Of a stretch of DNA of 64,000 bases, positions 14,993-29,400 are shown piece by piece. Origin of the DNA: Octopus vulgaris (lineage: Eukaryota); the NCBI GenBank assembly GCA_951406725.2, contig OX597817.1, forward strand, positions 48,732,001-48,796,000. The letters run 5' to 3'. The notes under the pieces are model-generated. The model was given only the letters and a program-made list of their open reading frames with translations, was not told where the DNA came from and ran no database searches. How positions within the stretch are numbered: the first letter of the stretch is position 1; each line of letters opens with the position of its first letter. The position numbers and the translations under genes are program-made.

Positions 14993-15004
14993 TGTGTGTG
15001 TACA

Positions 15005-15390
15005 GTGGAGGCGCAATGGCCCAGTGGTTGGGGCAGCGGACTCACGGTGGTGGGATCGCGGTTTCGATTCCCCGACCGGGCGTTGTGAGTGTTTATTGAG
15101 CGAAAACACCTAAAGCTCCATGCGGCTCCGTTTGGGGGTGCGGTGGCGACTCCTGCTGTAATCTATCACCACAACTTTCTCTCACTCTTTCTTCCTGTTT
15201 CTTTTGTACCTGTATTTCAAAGGGTCAGCCTTGTCACACTCTGTGTCACACTGAATCTCCTCGAGAACTACGTTAAGGGTACAAGTTTCTGTGGAGTGCT
15301 CAGCCACTTGCACGTTAATTTCACAAGCTGGCTGTTCCGTTGACGGATCAACTTTAACCTTGCCGTCGTAACCGATGGAGTGCCACGATG
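15005..15390 (+). mobile_element. tRNA-derived SINE family C (related copies at about 190-485 minus, 42960-43300 minus, 54438-54690 plus)
   Basis: GTGGAGGCGCAATGGCCCAGTGGTT...GGTTTCGATTCCC (A and B boxes), followed by a non-tRNA body. Confidence 0.78.
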
Positions 15391-15484
15391 TATGTACACA
15401 CACACACACACGCACAAACGCACGCACACAGACACACACAAACATATATAGATACACTCATACATATGCATTCATAAGTATATA

Positions 15485-16376
15485 CGTGGTCTGATCAAAA
15501 GATATCTGGACAGTTGCCATAGTAACAACGCTAAAGTACGCAGAGTGAAGTCACTTAGCAGAGACTGACCATGAACTCTGCTGTGTATGTGCACTAAGTT
15601 TTAACGTTCTAGCTCACTTCAGCTGTTCACAGCTGTGCTTGGAAGGAAGGTGTGTAGCGTGTGATAGTTGCATTGACCACGACAGAGAAAGTTGAGCAGA
15701 GAATCTGCATCAAATTTTGCCAAAAACTTGGCGATACATGCTCAGCGGCTACGGAAGGTTTTCAAAATGTTTCCATCGTTCTTGTTACAATCAAGGAAAT
15801 CTTGTGCAACTGAAACCCGAGTGTCTTTTTGGTCAGCTGAAAGCAGTTTTGGCACAAACTTGGCAGACAAGCGTCTCATACCCAAATCTTCAGTGATAAT
15901 GGACTGAACTGAACCGTAACTAATCTGCACATCCGCTGATAACTCATGGATGGTTATTTGACGATCTCCTCTCACAGCTGCATGCATATCTGCGATGTTT
16001 TTCTCAGTTCTGCTGGTTGCAGGTCTCCTAGAACCTTCGACAATATCGACAATTTTTCGGTCATCTTGGAAGTGTCTGGACCACTCATACACCTGTGTGC
16101 AGCTCATATACTCTTCTCCATGCACTCTCTGCAACGTTGTGTTGGCCTCTGAGCAGGTATCGTCATGACAACTTTCTATCACCGTCAAAGCGACTATAAC
16201 ATGCTACTCAACTTCCTTCCAAGTACTGCTGCAAACAGCAGAAGCGAACTAGAACGTTAAAACTTAGTGTGTATGCACAGCAGAGTTCAAGGACAATGTT
16301 TGCCGAGCGGCTTCACTCTGAGTGCTTTAGCTTCGTTACTATGGCAACAGACCTGATTCTTACTTATCAGACCACG
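15485..16376. mobile_element. Fold-back mariner derivative with about 190-bp inverted termini and TA target duplication
   Basis: TA|CGTGGTCTGAT... and ...ATCAGACCACG|TA. Minus ORF 15742-16188 has mariner N-terminal motifs (QVYEW..F, GSRRPATS, LGMRRLSAKFVPKLL). The plus arm starts a second N-terminus (EKVEQRICIKFCQKLG). Confidence 0.88.
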
Positions 16377-16389
16377 TATATATACATAC

Positions 16390-16495
<106 letters not shown>

Positions 16496-16683
16496 TTCAA
16501 TATTTATATATAAGTTCAGTAAAAGTTTAGATTCAGATGAATATAGTACTTAAGTTAAAGGCACCAAAATTTAGCATGGTATTATCCATATAATTCATAA
16601 TGGGGAGATAATAATCAAAATAAGCAACAAGGATATCCAGAGGTAATGCAGTACGATCGTTTCCTGCGACTGCATGAAACGAT

Positions 16684-16720
16684 CGTACTGCAGTTTCTGG
16701 GTATTGACCCGTCATCAGCG
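16684..16720 (-). ncRNA. Minimal type-I hammerhead ribozyme motif, canonical core
   Basis: CG-CUGAUGA-C-GGGU(CAAU)ACCC-A-GAAAC-UGCA-GUA-CG. The stem III region ACUGCAGU is palindromic. Confidence 0.65.
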
Positions 16721-16885
16721 CACGACAATCACCGGTTTTCGATGGAAATAGCCACCTGGAGAAGATGCTTTCCTGGGGCTACAAGCTACAGTAACATCCA
16801 CCCTTAGTGGTTAGCCATATTTAAATGGCAAATATACTTCACATTGTCGTGCAGTCACGGTCTATACCTAGTTCAGAGATTTATT

Positions 16886-17235
<350 letters not shown>

Positions 17236-17637
17236 GCCCGTACATACACATTTAAATCTTATGACAGCTTCGTATCTTATTGAAAGGTTTTGCTGGCAAT
17301 TCATTTTCTGAATATGTTACGTTGGCATTTATTTCTTTATAATTCTATTTGAAATTGCATGAAATTTTAAACATTATTAAGTAAACAAAAGTATGAATGT
17401 GGTTTTGTTTTTTCTTCCAAGAGCTGCGTTTATGAGCTTCATCAATCAAAATTATTAGCTGCTTCCTCTTAAATACAATTACCTCATACAATGCAGTTGA
17501 TCGTACTAAGCTACATCAGTCAAACGCACACACATACACGCATAGACAGAAGCAAACCTTATACACAAACATATGCATGCTCGCACACACACGAACACAC
17601 ACTGTGTGCTTCTCTCTCTCTTTTCTATCTGTCTCTC

Positions 17638-17677
<40 letters not shown>

Positions 17678-17724
17678 AGACCACCACAGTCAACAGACAC
17701 ACACATACACACACACACACATTA

Positions 17725-18615
17725 TCTCTCTATATATAAAAATGAGAATGTGTGTGTGTCTGTCTGTCTGTGTGTTTCCCTAAAACTTGAGACCTGCACA
17801 ACCAATTTCATTCAAATTTTACACATGCCTTACTTAATGTCCGGGGAGTGTCATCGGCAAAAAAATTAACTTTGTCCCTAGGGCGAAACCACAGCAATAT
17901 CATATTTCCACTATTTCAGTATTACGTGTTAAAAGTGAAACAAAAACATCTCTCTATTGTAATGTCAGATACTTTCACTTTAATACAGAAACTATTAAAG
18001 TGAAAGTATTATATAACAGGGATGAACCATTAACAGTGGTCATCCATTTTGCTAGAAGAAGATCCGCTATGGTCTTATATGCTACACCACTGGCCTTCAA
18101 TTCATATTAATCAAATTAATATTAAATTTTTCACCCTTATTATGTGTGTGTGTATTAGCAATTCGTATAAAATTGCATCAATGACTTGAACGTGAATAAG
18201 TGGTTTCACATAAATGAGGATAAATTAAAAAGTTTTGTTGTGATTATTATTAGTGTTTGACTATTGTAATCACAATTTTTGGTTCCTCGTCAGGGAAACG
18301 TTGTTGTGTTGCATTTGTTAAAAAATTGTAAACCGTAACCCTCCCCCTTTCCGAGAAGGGGCTATGGTTATTGTTTAAAAATAGAATTGTGTCCCTGTTT
18401 GGGGAAATTGACAAGATTTTCACCGTCTTTACGGAAGCATTTTTGTTAAAATACCTTCGATAGAAGAAAGTCTAAAAATAAATTTCGCTGCAGCCGTACA
18501 CTTCTATACAAGAGGGAGAAGATCCAAATGATCGAAATTGCAAGAGACGGGCCTACAATTCCAGTCTGTTATATATTTTAAGTATTGTTATCACTAGCGA
18601 TATCAAGATATAACT
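17725..18615 (+). mobile_element. Helitron of the same family as 33417-34287, truncated at a LINE-derived junction
   Basis: A|TCTCTCTATATATAAAAATGAGAATG(TG)n(TCTG)n start. Blocks 17760-17985, 18155-18215 and 18555-18615 are reverse complements of blocks in 33540-34260. Confidence 0.75.
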
Positions 18616-20762
18616 CCACCTGTACTTGCTTGCAATGATTCATTCCTGAGAGTATTAGACCTTCGGGCCATTTCACTTTGGGGAAGCTAAAATCACCCAT
18701 AAGAAATATGGTCACGTGGTGTTCCAGATTCATTAGAATATCTTTAATTCGTCTGAGACAATCTTCAAAATTGCCTAGGTGATTTGGAGCATCTGGTCGG
18801 CAATATGTATATATATATGTATGTATATATATATATATATATAGATATATATATAGATAGATAGATAGGTATATATATGTATATATATATATAGATATAT
18901 ATATATATAGATAGATAGATATAGATATATATTTATATATAGATAGATATATATAAATAAATAGATATAAAGATATATATAGATAGATATATAGATATTT
19001 TTCCCTAAAATTTTTGAAAAATTTTTCACCAAAATTTTTCAAAATTTTTTCCAAAATTTGTGAAAATTTTCATCAAAAACTTTTGAAAATTTTTCCCAAA
19101 ATTTATTGAAAATTTTCCTCAAAAATTGTCACCGAATATTTTACGCAAATTTTTTCGAAAATTCTCAACGAAAATTTTACACAAAAATTTTCCGATAATT
19201 TTACTCAAAAATTTTTCGAAAATTTTTGCCGAAAATTTTCCTAGAAAAATTTTCGAAAATTTTCACGGGAAATTTTAGCCAAATGTTTTTCGAAAATTTT
19301 ACCCAAAAATTTTTCCCAAAAATTTTTCAACGATTTTGGCGCCGCTCGCCTTCCATGCTTTGTAATTTGGGCACCACTGGCCTCCAATACTTTGTGATTT
19401 TGGCACCGCTGGCATTCCATAATTTGTGATTTTGGCACCGCTGGCCTTCCATACTTTTTGAATTCTTGCACCGCTGGCCTTGTGATTTTTGGAAAATTTT
19501 CACCGAAAATTTTACCCAAACATTTTTCGGAAATTTTCGATGAAAATTTTATCCGAAAATTTTACCCCAAAATTTTTTTTTTAAATTTCAACGAGGGAGA
19601 AGATCCAATTGATCGAAATTGCAAGAGACGGGCCTACAATTCCAGTCTGTTATATATTTTGAGTATTGTTATCACTAGCGATATCAAGATATAACTTGGA
19701 CTCCACCTGTGCTTGCTTGCAATTATTCATTCCTGAGAGTATGAGACCTTCGGGCCATTTCACTTTGGGGAAGTTGAAATCACTCATAAGAAATATGGTC
19801 ACGTGGTGTTCCAGATTCATGAGAATTTCTTTAATTCGTCTGAGGCAATCTTCAAACTTGCCTATGTGATTTGGAGCATCTGGTCGGCAATATGTATATA
19901 GATATATATATATAGATAGATATATATATGTATGTATATATATATATAGAGAGAGAGAGAGAATGAGATATATAAATAGGAATATATATATATATATATA
20001 TAGATTTATATATAGATAGATAGATATATATATAGATATATATAAATAGATATATATGAAAATATATATAGATAGATATATAGATATTTTTACTTAAAAT
20101 TTTTGAAAAATTTATCAGCAAAATTTTTCAAAATTGTTTCCAAAATTTGCGAAAATTTTCCTCAAAAACTTTTCAGAATTTTTCCCAAAATTTATTGAAA
20201 ATTTTCCTCAAAAATTGTCACCGAATATTTTACACGAAATTTTTCGAAAATTCTCAACGACAACTTTACTCAAAAGTTTTCCGATAATTTTACTCAAAAA
20301 TTTTTCGAAAATTTTTGCCGATAATTTTCACCGAAAATTTTACCCAAAACTTTAGATGAAAATTTTCCGAAAATTTTACGCAAAAATTTTTAGAATATTT
20401 TCAACGGGGGAGAAGATCCAATTGATCGAAATTGCAAGAGACGGGCCTACAATTCCAGTCTGTTATATATTTTGAGTATTGTTATCACTAGCGATATCAA
20501 GATATAACTTGGACTCCACCTGTACTTGCTTGCAATGATTCATTCCTGAGAGTATGAGACCTTCGGGCCATTTCACGTTGGGGAAGTTGAAATCACCCAT
20601 AAGAAATATGGTCACGTGGTGTTCCAGATTCATGAGAATTTCTTTAATTCGTCTGAGGCAATCTTCAAACTTGCCTATGTGATTTGAAGTATCTGGTCGG
20701 CAATATGAATATAGATATATATATATATAGATAGATAGATATATGTATGTATATATATATAT

Positions 20763-20809
<47 letters not shown>

Positions 20810-23560
20810 TAGGTATATATATGTATATATATATATATATAGATATATATAGATAGATAGATATATATAGATATATATTTATATATAGATAGATATATAT
20901 AAATAGATAGATATAAAGATATATATAGATAGATATATAGGTATTATTCCCTAAAATCTTTGAAAAATTTTCCTTAAAATCTTTTGAAAATTTTTCCCAA
21001 AATTTATTGAAAATTTTCCTCAAAAATTGTCGCCGAATATTTTACCCAAATTTTTTCGAAAGTTCTCAACGAAAATATTAATGAAAAATTTTCCGATAAT
21101 TTTACTCAAAAATTTTTCGGAAATTTTTGCCGAAAATTTTCCCCGAAAAATTTAGGAAAATTTTCACCGAAAATTTTACCAAAAAATTTTTCGAAAATTT
21201 ACTCAAAAATTTTCAACGATTTTGGCACCACTGCCCTTCCATGCTTTGTGATTTCGGCACCGTTGGCCTTCCATACTTTGTGATTTTGGCACTGCTTGCC
21301 TTCCATACATTTACATTTTTGCACCGCTGGCCTTCCATACATTTTGAATACTTGCACAGCTGGCCTTGTGATTTTTCGAAAATTTCCCAAAAAATATTTC
21401 GAAAACTTTCACCGAAAGTTTTACACAAAAATTTTTCGGAAATGTTCAATGAAAATTTTCCCCAAAAATTTTTCTATAATTTTCACATAAAAATTTTTTG
21501 AAAATTTACTCAAAAATTTTCCGAAAATTTTACACACAAATTTTTCGAAAACTTTTGTCAAAAACTTACACCGAAAACTTTGCCCAAAAATTTTTGGAAA
21601 ATTTTCACCGAAAACTTTACCCAAAAATATTCACCTAAAATTTTCCCCACAAAGTTTTCGAAAATTTTCACTGAAAATTTTCCCCAAAAATTTTAAGAAA
21701 ATTTTCACCGAAAATTTTACCGAAAAATTTTTCGAAAATTTTCAACGAAAATTTGCTCAAAAAATTTTACGAAAATTTTACCCAAAAATTTTTCAAAAAC
21801 TTTGCCCAAAAATTTTTTGAAAATTTTTTGAAAACATTACCCAAAAATTTTTCGAAAATTTTCACGTAAAATTTTCCCCAAAAAGTTTTCTAAAATTTTA
21901 CCCAAAACTTTTTCGAGATTTTTCAACCGAAATTTACGCAAAAATTTTCCGAAAATTTTACCCGAAAATTTTTCGTAAACTTTTGTCAAATTTTCACCGA
22001 AAATTTTCCCCAAAAATCTTTCGAAAATTTTCGCAGAAAACTTGACCCAAAAAATTTTTCGAAAATTTTCATCGAAAATTTTCCCCAAAAATTTTTCTAT
22101 AATTTTCACCGAAAATTTTCCCCCCAAATTTTTCTATAATTTTCACCGAAAATTTTACACAAAAATTTTTGAAAATTTTCACCAAAACATTTTCAAAAAT
22201 TATCCCCAAATATTTTTCAACGATTTTGGCACCGCTGCCCTTCCATACTTTGTGATTTCGGCACCGCTGGCCTCCCATACTTTGTGAATTCTTGTACAGC
22301 TGGCCTTGAAAATTTTCCCCAAAAAGTTTTCTAAAATTTTCACCGAAAATTGTACACAAAAGTTTTTCGAGGTTTTTCAAAGAAAATTTACGCAAAAATT
22401 TTCCGAAAATTTTACCCAAAAATTTTTCGAAAACTTTTGTCAAAATTTTCACCGAAAATTTTCCCCAAAAATCTTTCGAAAATTTTCGCAGAAAACTTTA
22501 CCCAAAAATTTTCGAAAATTTTCACCGAAAACTTTACCCAAACATTTTTTGAAAATTTTCACCAAAATTTTTCGAAAATTTTCACCGAAAATTTTACCCA
22601 AAATTTTTGGAAGATTCTCAATGAAAATTTTACTTTTGAAAATTTTTCCCAAAATTTATTGAAAATTTTCCTCAAAAATTGTCACCGAATATTTTACCCA
22701 AATTTTTTCGATAATACTCAACGAAAATTCTACTCAAAAATTTTCCGATAATTTTACTCAAAAATTTTTCGAAAATTTTTGCCGAAAATTTTACCAAAAA
22801 ATTTTTGGAAAACTTTTGTCAAAAATTTACACCGAAAACCTTGCCCAAAAATTTTTTGGAAATTTTCACCGAAAACTTAATCCAAAAATTTTCGAAAATT
22901 TTCGCAGAAAGCTCTACCCAAAATTTTTCGAAAATTTTCACCGAAGATTTTCCCCAAAAATTTTTCTAAAATTTTCACCGAAAATTTTACCAAAAAATTT
23001 TTCGAAAATTTTCATTGAAAATTTTCCCTAAAAATTTTAAACCGATTTTGGCACCGCTGGCCTTCCATAAATTGTGATTTCGGCACAACTGGCCTTCCAT
23101 ACTTTGTGATTTTGGAACCGCTGCCCTTCCATACATTTAGATTTTGGCACCGCTGGCCATCCATACTTTGTGATTTTGGCACCGCTGGCCTTCCATATTT
23201 TGTGAATTCTTGCACCGCTGGCCTTGTGATTTTTCGAAAATTTCCCCAAAAATTTTTAGAATATTTTCAATGAGGGAGGAGATCCAATTGATCGAAATTG
23301 CAAGAGTCTGTTATATATTTTGAGTATTGTTATCACTTGCGATATGAAGATATAACTTGGACTCCACCTGTACTTGCTTGCAATTATTCATTCCTGAGAG
23401 TATGAGACCTTCGGGCCATTTCACTTTGGGGAAGTTGAAATCACCCATAAGAAATATGGTCACGTGGTGTTCCAGATTCATGAGAATTTCTTTAATTCGT
23501 CTGAGGCAATCTTCAAACCTGCCTATTTGATTTGGAGTATCTGGTCGGCAATATGAATAT

Positions 23561-23647
<87 letters not shown>

Positions 23648-26437
23648 TAGGTATATATATGTATATATAGATATATATAGATAGATAGATAGATATAGAT
23701 ATAGATTTATATATAGATAGATATATATAAATAGATAGATATAAAGATATATATAAAAAGATATATACGTATTATTCCCTAAAATCTTTGAAAAATTTTC
23801 CTCAAATTGTTTGGAAAATTTTTTTCAAAATTTATTGAAACTTTTTCCTCAAAAATTGTCGCCGAATATTTTACCCAAATTTTTTCGAAAATTCTCAACG
23901 AAAATATTAATGAAAAATTTCCCGGAAATGAAAAATTTTTCGGAAATTTTTGCCGAAAATTTTCCCCGAAAAATTTAGGAAAATTTTCACCGAAAATTTT
24001 ACCAAAAAATTTTTCGAAAATTTACTCAAAAATTTTCCGAAAATTTTACCCAAAAATTTTTCGAAAACTTTTGTCAAAAATTTTCACCAAAACTTTTTCG
24101 AAAATTTTCCCCAAACATTTTTCAACGATTTTGGCACCGCTGCCCTTCCATACTTTGTGATTTCGGCACCGTTGGCCTTCCATACTTTGTGATTTTGGCA
24201 CTGTTTGCCTTCCATACTTTTAGATTTTGGCACCGCTGGCTTTCCATACTTTGTGATTTTGGCACCGTTGGCCTTCCATACTTTGTGAATACTTGCACAG
24301 CTGGCCTTGTGATTTTTCGAAAATTTCCCAAAAAATATTTCGAAAACTTTCACCGAATATTTTACACAAAAATTTTTCGGAAATGTTCAATGAAAATTTT
24401 CCTATAATTTTCACACAAAAATTTTTTGAAAATTTACTCAAAAATTTTCCGAAAATTTTACACACAAATTTTTCGAAAACTTTTGTCAAAAACTTACACC
24501 GAAAATTTCCCAAAAAATATTTCGAAAATTTTCACCGAAAACTTTACCCAAAAATTTTCACCTAAAATTTTCCTCACAAAGTTTTCGAAAATTTTCCCCA
24601 AAAATTTTAAGAAAAGTTTCACCGAAAATTTTACCGAAAAATTTTTCGAAAATTTTCAACGAAAATTTGCTCAAAAAATTTTACGAAAATTTTACCCAAA
24701 AATTTTTCAAAAACTTTGACCAAAAATTTTTTGAAAATTTTCACCGAAAACATTACCCAAAAATTTTTCGAAAATTTTAATGTAAAATTTTCCCCAAAAA
24801 GTTTTCTAAAATTTTAGCCAAAACTTTTTCGAGATTTTTCAACCGAAATTTACGCAAAAATTTTCCGAAAATTTTACCCGAAAATTTTTCGAAAACTTTT
24901 GTCAAATTTTCACCGAAAATTTTCCCCAAAAATTTTTCGAAAATTTTAACAAAATTTTACACAAAAATTTTTGAAAATTTTACCAAAATTTTACCAAAAA
25001 ATTTTTCGAAAATTTACTCAAAACTTTTCCGAAAATTTTACTCAAAAATTTTTCGAAAATTCTTGTCAAATTTTCAGCGAAAATTTTCACCAAAACATTT
25101 TCAAAAATTATCCCCAAATTTTTTTCAACGATTTTGGCACCGCTGCCCTTCCATACTTTGTGATTTCGGCACCGCTGGCCTCCCATACTTTGTGAATTCT
25201 TGTACAGCTGGCCTTGTGATTTTTCGAAAATTTCCCCAAATATTTTTCGAAAATTTTCACCGAAAATTTTACCGAAAAATTTTTCGAAAATTTTCAACGA
25301 AAATTTACTCAAAAATTTTCCGAAAATTTTACCTAAAAATTTTTCGAAAACTTTAGTCAAAAGTGTACACCGAAATCTTTGCTCAAAAATTTTTTGAAAA
25401 TTTTCACCGAAAACTTTAGCCAAAAATTTTTCGAAAATATTCACCGAAAATTTTCTCCAAAAAGTTTTCTAAAATTTTCACCGAAAATTGTACACAAAAA
25501 TTTTTCGAGGTTTTTCAACGAAAATTTACGCAAAAATTTTTCGAAAACTTTTGTCAAAATTTTCACCGAAAATTTTCCCCAAAAATCTTTCGAAAATTTT
25601 CGCAGAAAACTTTACCCAAAAATTTTCGAAAATTTTCACCGAAAACTTAACCCAAACATTTTTTGAAAATTTTCACCGAAAATTTTACCCAAAATTTTTG
25701 GAAAATTCTCAACGAAAATTTTACTTTTGAAAATTTTTCCCAAAATTTATTGAAAATTTTCACCAAAATTTCTCGAAAATTTTCACCGAAAATTTTACCC
25801 AAAATTTTTGGAAAATTCTCAACGAAAATTTTACTTTTGAAAATTTTTCCCAAAATTTATTGAAAATTTTCCTCAAAAATTGTCACCGAATATTTTACCC
25901 AAATTTTTTCGATAATACTCAACGAAAATTCTACTCAAAAATTTTCCGATAATTTTACTCAAAAATTTTTCGAAAATTTTTGCCGAAAATTTTTACCGAA
26001 AATTTTACCCAAAACTTTTTCGAGAACTTTTGTCAAAAATTTACACCGAAAACTTTGCCCAAAAATTTTTTGAAAATTTTCACCGAAAACTTAATCCAAA
26101 AATTTTCCCTAAAAAGTTTTCGAAAATTTTCACCGAAAATTTTCACCAAAAAGTTTTCGAAAATTTTCAACGAAAATTTACGCTAAAATTTTCCGAAAAT
26201 TTTACACAAAATTTTTCGAAAACTTTTGTCAAAATTTTCACCGAAAATTTTCCCCAAAAATTTTTCGAAAATTTTCACCGAAAATTTTACCCAAAAATTT
26301 TTGGAAAATTTTAACCGAAAACTTTACCCAAAAATTTTTTGAAAATTTTCACCAAAAAGTTTTCGAAAATTTTCACCGACGTACATTTTACCTAAAAATT
26401 TTACGAAAATTTTTCGAAAATTTTTAACGAAAATTTT
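18480..26437. repeat. Composite satellite: AT-rich 12-13-bp GAAAATTTTCACC-type matrix, clusters of a 32-bp unit, and four Helitron/LINE cassettes
   Basis: Hundreds of AAAATTTT-centred units. The 32-mer GATTTTGGCACCGCTGGCCTTCCATACTTTGT forms clusters at about 19331, 21217, 22221, 23043, 24127 and 25129. Cassettes start at about 18511, 19591, 20404 and 23271. Confidence 0.92.
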
Positions 26438-29400
26438 CCTCAAGAAAAGGACGGAAAACAAAAATAAGGAGGAATATGTTCGCCCACCCGACATCCCGCC
26501 AGAACTTCAGTGGACTCAAAGAGAAAAAATTTACCGAGGGAACACAGTGCGCTCCTCAGATGTTCCGCGCAACGCAGCAGCTGAGCAAGAGTCTTTTTTA
26601 TGCATGGCGGAAAGAATTGTCCGGCAGCTAACCTGGCTACACCATGCACAGAGAAGGAACCCTGCCCACCACAGTCAACAGACACGGGATGGCCTCCCCT
26701 AACGCCTGCACAGCAGTTACCCCAATACTTTTACTAAATATTGGGGGCCTGTTGCATCAAAATAGAAACAAAATTTCTTTCCTGAGAGATCTTACTGCAT
26801 GCAATCAAGCCCTATGCATAGCACTTGTGGAAACTCACCTCAACCCTGATATAGAGGACGCACAATTACACATACCAAACTATGCCATACTGCGAACAGA
26901 CAGAAGGGAAAGGAGCCATGGTAGAGTTGCTGTATACATCCGAGATGACCTCACACCCCAGGTCTTGATGACATACTCAAATTCGGTATGTGCACCTTAA
27001 TTGTATACATAAGACAACATAATATAGTCATATGCAATACATATTGCCCACCGGATGCCCCAAATCACATAGGCAAGTTTGAAGATTGCCTCACAAGAAT
27101 TAAAGAAATCCTCATGAATCTGGAACACCACGTGACCATATTTCTTATGGGTGATTTCAACTTCCCCAACGTCAAATGGCCCGAAGGTCACATACTCTCA
27201 AGAATGAATCATTGCAAGCAAGTACAGGTGGAGTCCCTGCTCAACCTCACCAATGCCTTATTCATGGAGCAAGTTGTACTCAAGCCAACTAGGGCGAATA
27301 ACATTCTGGATCTCTGCTTCACGAACAATATGGACATCATTCATGATGTGAAAGTGACACCGACATCAGTTTCGGATCACAACATAATAGAGCTAACTAT
27401 GTTTGGGCCGAAAGTAACCAGAGACATACAGCCTAAAGGAAGCACCCGAAATCTCTCCAATCTGAACTTCCACAAAGCAGACTGGAAATCGATCCAAAAA
27501 GAGATCCTCAGAGAGGACTGGCCGGAATGTCTCTCCACACCAGACATTGACATGAAACTAGAATGTTTCATGTCTTCTGTGCAAGCCGTATGCCAGAAAT
27601 ATGTCCCAGAGCACAAGGCCAAAACAAATAGGAGCAAGATTCCAAGAGACAGGAAGATCCTCATGAGACGACGGACGAAGGTTGCAAATCGTCTCAACCA
27701 ACATCCCAAAAGTAGCGAAACGTCCCGCCTAAAAACAACACTGATGGAGATCGAAAAAAGGCTGCAACAATCCTATGTGAAGGAGAAAGCAGACAAAGAA
27801 GCCTGGGTTATAAAAAACATTAAATCAAACCCAAAGGCCTTCTTTCATTACGCGAAAGAAACAGTCTCAGTGCACTACAAGATAGGACCCCTCCTCCAAA
27901 AGGATGGCTCCCTCACAGACAGTCCAACTATGATCAGTGAGATGCTGAATGACCAGTTCAAAAGTGTCTTTACCACCCCGTTGGAACACAGACAAGTGAA
28001 CGAACCAGTGGACTTCTTTGCCGCCTCACCTATAACCAGCGAGGTGGTTACAATAGAATGTATTGACATTAGCGAAAAAGATGTCCTACTAGCCATAGAT
28101 GAAGTGGACACAAACTCAGCTGCTGGTCCAGATGGTTTCCCAGCCATCCTCCTCAAAGCGTGTAAGCATGCCCTGGCAAAACCCCTCAAGATTCTCTTCC
28201 AGAGCTTTCTTGCGAATGGCAAACTGCCAAGCAAGCTGAAGGAGGGAATAATATGCCCAATACATAAAGGAGGAAGTAGAGCAGATGCCAAAAACTATAG
28301 GCCTATCTCTCTGACTTCACACATCAGCAAAGTCATGGAACGGATAGTCAGAAAGAAACTAATCGCATTCCTTGAGGAAAATAACTTGCTGAGTGATACC
28401 CAGCATGGTTTTCGACCAGGTAGGAGCTGCCTGACCCAGCTCTTACAGCATTATGACTGGGTGTTGAGGCAGTTACTCAACAAATCAAATGTGGACGTAA
28501 TCTACCTTGATTTTGCAAAAGCTTTTGACAAGGTGGATCATGGTATGATATGCCACAAACTACGTGAACCTCGGCATAGCTGGAAAACTTGGAGTGTGGT
28601 TGCATGACTTCCTGAAAGATAGGAGTCAGGCAGTAGTGGTTAATGGAGCCACCTCTATGAACACACAAATAGTGAGCGGTGTTCCACAGGGCACTGTCTT
28701 GGGACCATTGCTTTTTATAGTGGCCCTCTCAGATATGCCCTCAAATGCCCGATAGCCACTCTGGCCAGCTATGCAGACGATACGAAAGTCTCGCAGAAAA
28801 TACAGAACTCCAGCGATGTTGCACACCTGCAGCAGGAGTTGGACTCAATCTACAGATGGGCTGCAGTTTAATGCAGTTTAATGCTGAAAAATTCCAGGCC
28901 CTGCGCTACCAGCATCCAAAACTGAATATTAAACTTACAGGATACACCGGTCCACAGGGAATTTCAATCCCAGAGCCTAAGTCTGTGAGGGACCCGGGTA
29001 TCGACATGAGTGATGATACCTCTTTCCAAGTGCACATTACCAGGATGGCGACAAAGTGCAGACGACTGGCTGGGTGGATCTTAAGAACATTCAGAACCAG
29101 AGATAAGGAAACCATGATGGTCCTCTGGCGGACATTCGTCCTCAGTCGCCTGGATTACTGCTCACAGCTATGGTCACTCACCAGTGTAAAATTAACAGCG
29201 GACCTTGAAGCAATCCAGAGAAGATTCACAAAGACGATCATCTCTTTGCAACAGCTCAGCTACTGGGAAAGGTTGAAACAGCTAAGAGAAAAGACGGGAG
29301 AGGTATGCAGTAATATATGTCTGGAAGATCCTGGAAGGAATTGTGCCAAATTTTGGCATTGTAAGCTACACCAATGCTAGAACGGGACAACACTGCATAG

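Noticed and set aside
15005-15080. tRNA-like heads here and at 32512, 43230-43300 and 54438
   Set aside because: They continue into shared SINE bodies, so they are SINE heads rather than tRNA genes.
19331-25222. 32-bp repeats of CRISPR-like length
   Set aside because: Units are directly adjacent with no unique spacers, there are no cas genes, and the context is eukaryotic.
21127-26314. Many K/F/N/I-rich ORFs
   Set aside because: Translations of the AAAATTTT satellite in all frames.
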